From NCBI GenBank assembly GCA_963924565.1, contig OZ004609.1:22940001-23004000 (forward strand): DNA of 64,000 nucleotides. Reading direction: 5' to 3'. Shown piece by piece: positions 1 through 13,400 of the stretch. The notes under the pieces are model-generated. The model had not been told where the DNA came from, made no database searches, and worked only from the letters and a program-made list of their open reading frames with translations. This stretch comes from Ascidiella aspersa (lineage: Eukaryota). A program made the translations under genes and the position numbers. Within the stretch, counting starts at the first letter, position 1. Each line of letters begins with the position of its first letter.

Positions 1-439
1 TCGGTGAGTCTGCAATGGCTTTTAGTGTATTTACGTTATTATGATGTTTAAACTTTTTTTTACATTAGCTCCAATCATTTAATTAAGCTCATTTAATGTT
101 GTGTGGTATAGCTTCTGCAATTTTACAAGGCCTCTTGAATTAAAGGTTGCACCATTATTTGTTTTTATTAAAAAAAAGTGCATGCATTTTTATTGGTAGA
201 ATAAACTTAATTTCGAAAATAAAGCCATTCAGGCAACGACTTAAGTTGTTTTAAAGTTTTTGCTATGTTGAACAGGGATTATAAAAAATTTCCCGAGATT
301 CGGGTTTGATAATTCGTGGAAAATCCCAGGATTTTCCATTCAAAACATTCCCGGAGAGGAACCCGAATATAAATGCAAATCATACAGATATCAGAGATAA
401 AATGAAAGTTGGTATAAGGCTACTTGGGAGATTAACCAA

Positions 440-469
440 ATATATATATATATAAATATATATATATAT
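440..469. repeat. (TA)n microsatellite
   Basis: Interrupted TATATA run. Confidence 0.8.
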
Positions 470-486
470 CTGATAACTGACAAAAA

Positions 487-786
487 TAGGCGCTGACTGG
501 AATAAAATCCTACCACTTTTTTACAGTATCAATTGAGAAATACTATATACGGATCTGTTCATAAGTTTAATGATGAAAATAACGGCCCAAATAGACGTTA
601 AAAAGTGATAAAGCATGTCGCTTTTAACGTCTATTTGGGTTGTTATTTTCACCATTAAATTGAGAAATAAATATTGGAGTTAATCATACTTGACCAACAC
701 AAACGCAAATACTAACTAGCACCCTAATCCAAAGCAATAAAAAACCCCGGACAAAAATGTGTTGTAGGATTTTAGACCAGCGCCCA
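487..786. mobile_element. Probable MITE with internal ~94-nt palindrome (566-659)
   Basis: Outer imperfect IR (GGCGCTG..AAAATCCTAC / GTAGGATTTT..CAGCGCC). Inner ~40-bp arms TTTAATGATGAAAATAACGGCCCAAATAGACGTTAAAA / TTTTAACGTCTATTTGGGTTGTTATTTTCACCATTAAA. Confidence 0.55.
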
Positions 787-1289
787 AAAATGTGTTAAAC
801 GCTACACAGCGCAAAAAAAGAATGGGAAAAATTTCCATACACAGCAATAAAACATAGCTTTTTTATTGTTTAGAGCAGGTCGAGCCAGCTTCTGTTTGAT
901 TGCGGTCGACTAAAATATTCTCGATCTTCTGGCTTGATAAAAACTCACAAGAACACTTATTAAACATTTTGAGTATAAATTGCATTATGAGTAATAATTG
1001 AAAAATAAAGTGGTTCAACTACCTGTTTATTGCATATAAAATTAAACTCCCAAAATAGTCTAGATTACAACTGTACTGTATTTTTTCTTAATATTTTGTT
1101 TTTTGCAGAATATGATTTGTTTTACAAACACACAAATATAAAAAGTTACAATTTACTTTTTTTAGCTACCTTCCAGAATTAAAACAACAAATTTAAATAA
1201 AATGATCTGTTTTATGTCGGTGCTCTAAAACCTAACATGAATGTATGATAAAAAGATATTAGTATATTGGTTTTATGAATAAGTGTTTA

Positions 1290-1340
1290 AAAAAAAGGCA
1301 TAAGGAAAGGTTGACAAAAAAAGGCATAAGGAAGGTTGAC
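1290..1340. repeat. Short tandem duplication (~26-bp unit) next to a candidate 5'UTR donor at 1354
   Basis: AAAAAAAGGCATAAGGA(A)AGGTTGAC occurs twice; TAG|GTAAGA donor at 1354 and TTTTTAG acceptor at 1467 upstream of the DIS3L2 ATG. Confidence 0.6.
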
Positions 1341-1495
1341 AAATGATCACTAGGTAAGACTTTTGAATTATTTCAGTTTGTAGCAATGTTTGAAACTTTG
1401 CTTAAGTTGTAAATGTGCGACAAATAATGTGAAAAAGGCCACTTCTTATGTTTGTTATATTTTTTAGAACATCAAGATCTATAACATCTTTAAAT

Positions 1496-4400
1496 ATGAG
1501 TGGACGAAAAGGAAAGTTGAGCAAGTCTTCACCAAGCCAAAATTCCAAAAAAATGTTTTCAAACAAAAGGTAACTACCATTATTTGCAGTTATCTTGGCA
1601 AAATGCTTTTATAGTTTAGTTAAAATGGCTATGAGTAGTTTTTATTTAAATGGTGTTGTAATTGGTGTAATAAACAAAATTATTAGAGAAGACACTAATG
1701 TATGTAACAATGTTTAAATGTTTTTTCTATAAGATGTGCACTATTAGTTTTTTTGTTTTAACTGCATTTTATTTAAAAATATGTGTATAAAATTGTGTTC
1801 AAACCCTATTTTTAGTTGTAACATTTTTGATGAAAGATATTTGTTTTATTATCGATGTCTATAAAAACTAATAACAAAAACTGTTTTTTAGCAACACATC
1901 ACAGAACAACATAAATGAAGTGTGGCCGGGTCCAAACCACAGAGTAGTAACATTTTTTTGCAGACTGAATGCGCCAAAATTTAATGTTGACCCTATTGCT
2001 AAATTATTTGGAACAGTTGAAAAGCACACTTGTGTTTCAACCAAGAATTTCAACTTGGTGACTATTTAACGTATATATTTGTTGAAATTGTCTGTAAAGT
2101 ATATTTTTTCCCAAAAAAGATAAAAGTTAGCATTGATACAATCTGTGAAATCTGTCTTAGTAGTATTTGCAATACCAACAATTTTATTAATACCTGTTTG
2201 AATTGATTTTGTTATTTTCAACTTTCGCTTAACAAGTTGTTATTAAGTCCAGGAACATAGTATAATAAATCGATTTTGTTAATAGATAAAGGTTGAAATG
2301 TCTACCAGTGCTGAAGCGATAGCACTATGGAACAACTACAAGACTGTATCATTGCCTGGAGTATTACACGTCACCCCTGATAGAAATCCAGTATGTATCC
2401 TTATGTTTGTTTAGTTATAATATATTATACTAAATAGTGCAATAATATTTAACTTGTAAATACACTAAAATATTTGTAAAGCATAGTATATTTCTGTCAA
2501 TTATGCAGTGATTGAAATATGGTTTACTATAAAAATAACTTTTGATTTGGCTATGAAAATTTTTTTTTGATATTGCATGTGATTTGTTTAGACACTTCAA
2601 AACGAAAAGCATTATGAAGAATTCTGGTCTGAAGCAGATGTTAAAAAGGGTCTTGAAAGTGGAGAACTTGTTTCAGGAAATCTACGAATAAGTTCTAAAA
2701 ACTTTCGTCTTGCCTTTATAAGTGCTGAGGTTTGGTTTAAATTCCGTTTGTGTAGTAATTACCGGCTGTTCACGTAACACACCACATTGTCTTAGAACAC
2801 AAATTATGAATGCCCAACTACTGCGAGAGTCACACTTATATACAGACACAGGAATAAGTCATAAATGTCGCACACAACAATCCTATACACAGGGTTGCCA
2901 TCGAAGTGGACCCCAAAATAAGGACAACCAAAAAATTAGATTAGTATTTAAAAAACGTTTTTGGACATGCATTGTATTTAAACGAGCCATATCATATCAC
3001 ACTCCATACTTTTTGCCAGAAACAATCTGCTCCAGCAATTTATCAAGGTTTTTGGTTGTTTTTCGGTCTCCTCCTGTCAATGTTGCTTGAAAAACGCTAT
3101 TTTAAAAATCCGACACATAACGGGATCGACTAGGTGAAATGTGGCTATGAAATTTTCCCATTACCAATCACTTCGCAAAAAAATGCTGCCTTTGACACAC
3201 CCTATTCTGCTGAAGCCTAAACAGCTGCAACCTTGTACTGCTGTTTTCTGCTAAAATGTTTGTCAGCTGCTGTATTCTGGTAGAGCAGCCAAAACAGTTG
3301 TACCACTGCCTTATACCTATCTTTCCACTTAAGACTAAAATATTGAGACTTGTTCGCCACGGGACTACCTTTTCATTTATGATGTCATAAAATCTCGGCG
3401 CAAAGCATAATTTTAGAATATTATTTAACACTGGGTACCAAAGGAAAATAATCAAAGTTCTGCAGTTGTTGAAAATAAGACAAAATAATGACACACTTTG
3501 AAAATAAGAATATTTCTTAGAAATAAGGACATTTAATTTTTCTAAGACCTGGCCCCTTAAAATAAGGACAAATCTTAGAAATAAGGAAGGTATGGCAACC
3601 CTGCCCATACAACACCATATCACATATAAATAACTCTACAGTTCATATATCTGGTAATAGCATTATTATTTTTGTGGCCACATGGAAATAATCTTTTAGT
3701 TTCCTTTAATTGCATTGTACCAACAAAATAAGTATGTATAGATTAAAATTGTGTTTATGAATAATGTATATACAGAGTGGGCCAAAAGTAGGCTTACAGT
3801 TATAAAAAGCCCCCCACCCACCCACAAAAAAAAGAAATCCATTTGTGTCAGGTCAGGTGAGCGTGGTGGTCATTCAATGCTACCTCAGAAATGTTTAATA
3901 ACGGTAAGCCTACTTTTGGCCCACCCTGTTTAAATAAATTGTATAAAAAAGAACACTGTTCTCAACACACAGTGACATAATTTTTGGATATTTAAACAAG
4001 CTGGGTATTTGTTCGGATAAAACCAGCAGTAAATGTTTTTTTAAGGTATGGTGGCAATTGTGTTTGCAAATTTAGACTGCTTTACAGCTTGTGGAGCAGG
4101 CACCTAATGCCTGCTTAATACTAAATGTTACAAATTATGTACACAATAACAAACGATTCAGAAGCAAACTAAATGTTATCTTGCAGAATGGCAAAGATGT
4201 GGTTATTGTCGATTTACTTGCTCGGAATAGAGCCTTAGTAAACGATGTTGTTGCTGTAAAGGTTAACAACGAATCTCAATGGCTGGTAAGGCTTCTTTAT
4301 TTGTAAGAGTCATTTAATAAGTATATAAGAATTAACAGGGTGATTTATGTAAAATGGTTTATGTTTCCACCTGTAAGTGTAGCCAACATTAAAGATGGGA

Positions 4401-7400
4401 TAATTTACAAATACTAATTCACCTTTGTTGCAGTTTCTTCCTAAGGTGCTTAACATTAAATAACATTTGTATGAAAAGACATGTTCTCATTAAGAGACCT
4501 ATTTCATGGTCAGGTGTCGTTTTAACTTACCACACCACATTTTTGCATCAATAAAGTTGCATTTTTCCAGCGTCCAGAAGACAAGGGTGGCAACAGGGAA
4601 GGTGTATCAAATAACACTTCTGGTGATCTTGCAGAAGGTTTAAATAAATTGTCTGTGAATGCTTCAAATGGAAATCCAGCAACATCCCCAGGTAATGGTA
4701 ACTTAAAAAGTAAAGAGTAATGTCCGATACTTGACATTTTATTCCGATATCGATAATTATTGATATTTTGGACAAAAAGTATTGCAATATAATCCATGAA
4801 CAAACGACTTTATTACTATGCTTAAACAATCTAGGTTATTAGGCCAAAATTTAGTGTTCAGAAGTTCAGTAACCTCCAACATTTAACCTACTATTGTCTG
4901 ATAAATTACCTTTAAATGTAGTTGGATCACAAATCATGTCCAAATTTCTGTGTTAATTTGGTATCGATCAGCACCAATACAACCCAAGTATCGAACTAGT
5001 AACTATACTACCACTTTTGATTGGGTATCTGCTCCAATCCTATATTGTCAAATGTTCCTAAAAGTAAATGGACATAAGAGCCCCTCGCATCCTGATGTAC
5101 ATTTACACACCGAAAAATCCAAACAGCAAACTCTTTCCTAAAAACTGTGTCAGTCATTTATCACATTTCCTAAAATAAGGGATTTTAACTATTGCCTTAC
5201 CTAGAGATTTTAATGTTGTTTGTAATGACAGGTAAGAACAACTTTTCGAGGACAACAAACTTTAAAGACGTCAGAAAGACGGGACATGTAGTTGCCATCC
5301 TTGAACGGAGGCATAATCGTATGGCCAGTGGCAAGCTGACCAAGCAGGTAAGATATCTATGGGTTGTTGTTATGATATAAGCGCAATATATTTGTTATAT
5401 GTGTGAATTTTGTGATGAGGTATATTTTTAAAGTTATTTCTCGTTTTGTTGTTAATGTAAAAAAAATGATAACAGTTTTATTTTAGTACTTTATATTTTT
5501 ATAAATTAGGTTGTTTATGTTACATCAGTCAATACAAAAGTATTTACCAGATAATATCAATTCTATAGGCTAACCAGTACCGCTTCGAATCCACCAACTC
5601 CACGTTCCCGCGAATTTACATCCCCAAACAACAAGTGGAGGCGAAACTCAACAAGCAGAATTACACCAACGTGATGTTTACCGCGAAAATTACAGATTGG
5701 GATAAAACAAGTCTGTTTCCCCAAGGGTAGATTTGGCCAAAGTTTTTCATTTAGTTTTAAATTTTGACTTTAAACGTCCGTAATTTAGTGCCATTTGTGT
5801 CAGCATCCGGGTTTCGAGTGTGTTACACGTCGTTGACAATGTTTTCATTATTTGAAAATTTCACTTAATAACATCCACTGGGTTTTGCAATCTAACTCCC
5901 AAGTGAGAGTATCGGTACCCGTCCAAACTAGGGTGGTATTGATGTCGATCCGATAGCAAATTACTTAAAAGTAATCATTTGAGCTTGGTATGGTTTGTAA
6001 TATAACTGAAACTGTTTCCCAACGCCCGCGATTTTTTGCTTGAAAAGCATCACGTTTGTACGTTTCATTTTAATTCAATGTTGCTTATTTCACCATGATA
6101 ATCATGCAACTTGGTTTTTGAGAGGATTGACGGTACTTGGCCAAAATATGGAGTATCGATTTTGAAATGTATTACGCAATATCGGACATCAGTACTCGTT
6201 ACGAATTTCTACCTCAATTTAAAAATAAAAAACATTATTTGAAATTTATTTAATTTTTCGCGTCCCTTCAAAAGATTTTTATTCCCACTGCTACCCTAAC
6301 GCGCCTTTTTTCGTCGCCTTTGACGACGATTTTAACGCAGTGCTTTGGTTTTGTAGGGAACTGTGCGAATGCATTGGAAACATGGGCGAAATCGAGGCCG
6401 AGACGCGGGCCATTCTGTTCGATCATGACGTCGATTCTGAGGAATTTAACGAATCGGTAACCGACTGTCTCCCCAAGCAACTGCCCTGGTCCGTACCACA
6501 GGTCGGTCGATTTTTATTACGGCGTGTACTTATGTCAGTGCACCGTAAAGTCTAAATTTATCTGTCTGCAAATTTTGCTTTGTCGAAGAAAGGGTCAACT
6601 GTATACAGTATATACTAAAATGACCATATGTTTTATAAGTAAAATATAATATATCGGAATGCTTCGATTTTTCAGGCCGAAAGAGAACGCAGACGTGATT
6701 TCACAAACGAGTGCATATTTTCCATCGATCCTTCGAGCGCCAGAGACTTGGACGACGCGTTGCACTGCAAAGCTTTAGGAGAGGGTAGCTTGTGTTTTTG
6801 CATTGAGTCGGTAATGCTCGTTGTGTGACGAGATATTTTGCATTTTTAATCAAAATAACCCTTCTGGCAATTAATTGTTTTTGTTTTAAAACATTTTGAT
6901 TCCTACGTACAATGTACGGCGGGAGAGCTATTTTGATTAACATTAAGACTGATAGCAACAGTTTATCTATTTGGTAGCTTTATTGGTAACTTGGCCATTC
7001 AAATACCCTCTCGTATTTAGTTGTTAAATTATAACTTCTACCTGGGATAACATCACATCCCGATATAATTTGATTGGGGCACATTTTTTTTACAAACTTG
7101 CCAAAAAAAAACAGTAACTTCAATCAGCTTTCATGGGATAAATGTATTTTTGACATATTCCAATGAAAGCCGCTTTTAGCTGTCGACGATTAATTTGTGG
7201 ACCATAAGCGACCTAAAGATGTGTACTCGGGCATTTAGAGTTTTTTCCAGTAAAAGTGAAAGATATCTTTCAACTTAAATCAAAGCGTGTCAAGTTGTCA
7301 ACTATACACCAACTTGATTCAAAACTTCGCCTTTCTCTAAAATTTGTTGAAACAAAGATCGCCTATAGTTGTCTCAGTGTGTTTATTTCTCGCGACAACC

Positions 7401-10400
7401 CCATAACAGTCTTCCCGCACCTTTTCCAGGCAAGTACGAGGTGGGTGTGCACATTGCTGATGTGAGCCACTTCGTGAAGCCCGGCACGGCGGTAGACCAG
7501 GTGGCCAACCAGCGCTGCACCTCGGTATACATGGTACAGCGGGTCGTGCCCATGCTACCACGACTGCTGTGCGAGGAGCTGTGCAGTCTGAATCCCGGCC
7601 AGGAGCGACTTGCTTTCTCCGTTGTTTGGACTCTTAACGAGCAGGGAAAGGTGAGCAGGAGTCTTGGAGCGGATTGCTGGCTTGATTCGTTTTTATACCG
7701 GGAAAGCCAGGTTGATTGTATGGGTGTGACCGAATAGTTTTCTCTGTTCGTGTGCTATTTTAGTTTTCGTTATTGTACTGTTTTATCTTGAGTTTCTTAG
7801 ATCGCAAAATAAGATGAATCTGAATCTGGACCATCGCTAATGTTTCAAGTAGTGCTAGAAACTGTATTAAGTGTACGTCGCCTGAACGTAGGTTGAACAA
7901 CATTTTATTAATCGGATCAAAAATTGAATTTTCTTGTGAAGTTTTAACGAAATCAGTCTGCCTATTATATAAACAATTTAAAAGCATGACAGTGCCCCAA
8001 CCGTTCTTCGGTCGTGTGTTAATTCAACATGGCAATTTTTACTACAATTGTAAAGTGAACTTGCATCTTCCTTTTGATATTTCCTTGGATCGGGTCGCTT
8101 TATTTTGTGTAATCTTTATGGCGAACAGACTAGCAAGGTTGAACGAACGTTTTACTTTGTGCCAGGTCTTCTCGCAATGGTTCGGCCGCTCGGTGATCAA
8201 CTCGTGCGCCAAGCTGAGCTACGACCACGCCCAGTCCTTCATCGAAAAACCCGAGCGCGACTTCGCCGTTCCCGATCAAGCCGCCCAGGAAAAGGAGTTC
8301 CCCGACATTAGTGGCGGCTACTCTCTCAACGTCATCAAGGAAAAAGTTCTCACTCTTCACAAGGTTAGCTGGTGACGAGCTTTAGATAGACACGTGCCCG
8401 CCGTTATTAGTTTGCAAGACAATTTTTTTGTTAACGAAAGAAATGAAAACACTTCTAATAGAAACAATATATTTTTATCTCTTTAAAACAATGTCATTTT
8501 CAGTTGGGAATGTAAAGAAAGCTATTTTATATGAATATAATAAAATCGAAATTTCTCCGTTTTTCAAACGATTCGCCAATATATCTTGTATTGCACAATA
8601 AATATTACCAAACATCAGTGTGAAAATTCAGGTTTCCTTGACTTAAATTTTCACACTGGTCGTAAAGAAAACTGGTAAAATGTTTGAATAAAACAACATG
8701 TTTATTTTACCAAGGGCCGGTGTATTGTGTTCCTGTGTCACTTTTGCGAAATTTACTACTTCACCCAAATACGATTAAATAAATCATCATTTGAAAGTGA
8801 ACACACACCCGAATCACTTAACTTTTTACTTCGTTTTATTTATTTCCCGACAATTAGGCGACAATCTTGATTAAAGCATATTTTTTGTCGTGTTACCTTT
8901 TACATCGAGTAAAGCAATACTTTTCAGAAACAACACGTTAACAATAATAAACAGTATTAAAAGGAAGAATTTAACTTTAGAACCTATCAGAAGATCGCCA
9001 AAAAAAAAAAATTTAACACGATAAAAAAGTATTACATTTAAAGAAATTTACATCGGACAGAATGGAATTCAACTGGGTAGAATCCGTCAGAAAACTACAA
9101 CTGAGATGGTAACATCGATTTTTTGACCAATAGTAAACTAATCTCACGTAGCAAAAGCTGACCAGTAAAAACTGGACAGTCAAGAAACAATTTATCTATT
9201 GGTGTTCATGAAGCAACGCAATAACGAATTCAAACCCGTTTTTTTTTTCAGATCGCTCAGAACCTCCGCGAGCAGCGAAAGCGGGACGGCGCTCTGCGTC
9301 TTGATCAGGTTCGACTCGCCTTTACACTTGACTTGGAAAAAGGCCTGCCCATCGGATGCTACCCGTACCAGTACAAGAAAAGCAACGAGTAAGAGTGTGG
9401 TAACAGGTCCTGGTGTCTGCGACACCTTCATATATAAGCCTGTTTTATCACCTGTTAAACAATATTTAGTGTTCATTCGTTTTCAGTTTTTGGCTGTGCT
9501 TTGTGTTTGTTATGTTGTGATTTTTAAGCCTTCTATTTTACTGCGAATCTAGGAAACTTTATTTAGTTTATCACCTAAAGAATGTAAATTGAAGACTACA
9601 CAAATTCCGCAAAAAATAACAGCGGGTTTCTTAACGGGTTTTGTGCTGCCTTCACTAAGTAGTATATCTACAATGCACCGCCTGATTCTTAGACATTTTC
9701 GTCACGTCTTGAAGTGAAAAAAAAATTTGAAATGTTCATTGCCAACCGATTTCACCTTTTTAGGCTCATCGAAGAATTCATGCTGCTAGCCAACATCGCC
9801 GTGGCGCATAGGATTTTTAAAAATCTGCCCTCTCAGGCGTTTTTGCGTTGTCACCCTGAGCCCAAAGAGGTGAGCGTTAGCGCGCAGTGACAACTTTTGC
9901 GCGTTGAATTTTTCTTCAGGAAAGTTTTATTTTATTTTGAAGTTTTTATCTTCATTTTTAGGAAATGATGAAAGATGTCGTCTCGCATTGCAACGAGATC
10001 GGTCTTCCTATTGATGCAACAAGCTCCGAGACACTGTCGGTTAGTTTGCGTAAGCTTACAACGCTTTCAACTTTGATTTATATACGATACATAGCATGAT
10101 AATGAATTGCAAAGCCAAAAAGGTCTAGTAGCTCGACATCATCTTCAGTTAATGTGTGTACACAGCTACATTACAGATTCGTACATAGTGTACCGAAAAA
10201 AACACATATTATTGCAAAGATAAAAAAGCACATATTGTAAAGCTAGTTCTTGATTATATATACACATACGTATATTTTGTAATTTAGCCCATTGAAGGTA
10301 AACCGGCCCAAAAAATTTTGGCCTGCATAAAACCTTTACCGAGACGAAGCGCCCTAATTAGAGTTGTGCGGTTTTATTTCTTGCTTTGCTTGTTCCTGAC

Positions 10401-13400
10401 AAGGCCGGAGAATTTAGATTTAGTCTTTGAAAAGGAAACTCTATTTATATTGTGCTGCGCTGCTTGCAATTACACATTGATGTTTTGTTTTTTGCTGCGC
10501 TCATATTCTGTAATGATAACTTTATAAAAAAGGGAAAATGAAAAGCTGTTTAGTTTTGTTTCCTATGTTTTGCTAATCCGTTGGTTAGGGCTAACATCCT
10601 CTGTTGTTTGCTGCAGCATTCGTTGGAACAGGCAACCGGCGATGACGAATACTCGACCTGCCGCAAACAAGCCCTTTTCATGCTTGCCATCAAACCACAA
10701 CAGGTAACGTTTTTTTAACGAATTGTTTTTGTTGAATTAGTCAATTACACAGGTTTCGTTTTGGTATAGATGTCTACTCCTTAGAGGTTTACAGTCAACC
10801 TGTTTTGAAATTAGGAATGACTTTTTACCTAAAAATCATGCCAAAGGTTATGTTGCCGGCAAGCTTGTGTTCAAATTTGCTACATACCCGATAAAAAGGT
10901 TCTTACAACCGTGGCCCGGATACAAAATTTTGTCTAGAACTTTGTAATTTAATTCAACTAAAAAGAACGAACAGTTCACCATTTATAGGATATTTTCGTT
11001 TGGGTAAACATTAAATAATAATTTGTTTTTAATCTCGAATCTTATCGAAGTGCGGAGGGTCGTAACAAACACTTTTAGAAATAACAAGTTTAAACCTGGA
11101 CTCTGGAGTCGGATTTTCCATCGTTTATCGGTTCCGAACTAGGTACTGCTAAAGACTCCACACACATAAACCGACTCCTTCGGGGTCCGATTCAAATCGG
11201 GCTCCGCGATATTTGTTTTACAGGCCCCCATTGTACTACTTTCCGCACAGATTATTTATTAGTTTTCATGTCCTAGGGGAAAAACAATACTCCCAAATGG
11301 TTATTCGTTGCTGATCCCGATGTAGTCATCCTAACTGGCATTGTCGTTTTCTGGCTAATCGCTTTTTCGTTTTTCAGCTGGCCCAGTATTTCTGCGCCGG
11401 TGTGTACGATGACCAGAGGCGCTATCGTCATTACGCGCTCAACGTCCCACTCTACACTCACTTCACTTCGCCCATCAGGAGATACGCCGACCTCGTGGTT
11501 CATCGGCAGCTCGCCGCAGTGTTGGGTAATTTCCATTAAATTTAGAAACACTTATGTGAATATAAGAGATAAGGAATCGCTTGCTGATTCTAAGATGTAA
11601 AAGAAAGATTCTTTCGGAAAATGTGCATTTGCTACCAGGCATTGTTTCATTCGTAAAATTGTTCTTCCGGCAAAATGTCGTTAAATTACCAATGTTTCGA
11701 CCACCTATTTGGGAAGTCTTATTCAGGGCAATATAATTGCAACTATGTGCGAAATATATATATACCAGACAAACAGTAAAATAAAACCAACAAAACAAAT
11801 AGTTGTAATTATATTGCCCTGAAAAAGAATGTCCGAATAGGTGGTCAAACGTTGGTACTTTAATAATTTTTTGCTGGAATATAAATTTTACAAGTGAACG
11901 GTTCTTACTTTCGAATCAGTTGGTTTACACTGTTTTGTAAAAATAGTTATAAAAGCCTAAACTATTTCTTGAAATTTACTAAAACATGTATTTCGCTTAA
12001 CAAAATCGGCATCCCCTGTTTAAAGATGCGTTGTGCAAGTCACCCGCCGTTCTCTGCAGACATCTGCAAGCGTTAAACTTCGGTAAACATTTTACATTGC
12101 CTTGACTTGTTGTTTGTTTTTGTACGTTAGTCACTATTAACATTGGATTTTTTTAGGATAACATGGATTAGTTTGCTTGATTCGCGGCCCGGTTGCTAAC
12201 TAAGTTTCACAAGCAGAAAATAGAGTGACCAACCGCTTAACTTTGTACGTTTTGTCGAACTTTTCTTGAATTAATTTTTTTTAATACTATGTTTCCATTT
12301 CTCTCTCTCATGAAAAAAACTCCTCTTATTTCTTTACAATATAATTCAACAAAAAACATTTTTTAAACACTCAGATTTTTTCAGGTGACGATTCCGACTT
12401 TAAGATGATGAACACGCAAGTCGACTCCCTCAACTCGCAAGCGCAGTTGTGCAATCACAGGAAGACAAACTCGAAGAGCGCGCAAGAAGCCAGCGGCGAC
12501 CTCTTCTTTAATGTTCTCGTTAATGTGAGCAATTTTCTTGTTTTGTTTATTAGTTTATCCTTGCTACTATAGTTTTAGTTTTCGCATGCGCCCTGCTTTC
12601 GAGAGAAATTAAGGGGTCTTTCTGAACCAACTGATTAATTTAAATTACTAATAGGTCAGAAACTTTAGTTTGCATATAACTAGTAACTTCATTGGCTATA
12701 ATGACGTAAAATGCCAAACAAGACTTGCACATTCCTACTCTTAATCGCCAGTAATATTTTTGTATGTTTTTTTTTCATTAACCTGAAATGTTGAGCAATG
12801 CTTTCACATTCACAAAACAAATTTACATTTGACAAAATGTGAAAACCTGACTTAGCAAATGTGAAACCTGACTTTTGATTAACAACACAGTTGAATCAGT
12901 TATGCATAAATGCATATTCGAATCTATACTTAAACTAATCGTTGATATTAATTACCACTAAATCGGAATTTATGATTTATTGAAAACCTTAATTGTATTT
13001 ATAATTTAGCTTGCCACTCCATACACAGAAAACGTGATTAACAAGTTAAACCATGATTTTTCTAAAATAGTTTTGTATTACCAATTTATGGCTACGCAGA
13101 AATCGCAAAATTATTGGTTGAAATGCTTGGCGTTAAACCAGATTTTTAACCATTGCAATATTTTTGGGATCGCGGATCAGTTATCGATCGGCAAATGCTG
13201 ACCAAGTATAGTGTTTGTTTGTAAAGTTTCAAATAAAGCAAAAGGTTTTTGTTTAGAACTTCGGACCACTTGAATGTCGTGGTATGGTGATGTACGTCAA
13301 CGATCTGAGCCTTGACGTTCTTTCAGTCGAATATGGCGTCGTGAAACGGGTTTATTTTGACGTGAGTTTAATTCCTATGGTATTCAATTTCCTTAAGTGA

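Noticed and set aside
3168-3623. 151-aa minus-strand ORF
   Set aside because: It falls almost entirely within the non-autonomous element 2890-3603 and has no transposase features.
8507-8519. GGAATGTAAAGAA, similar to miR-1
   Set aside because: Only a 13-nt match, the 3' part differs and there is no complementary 5' arm.
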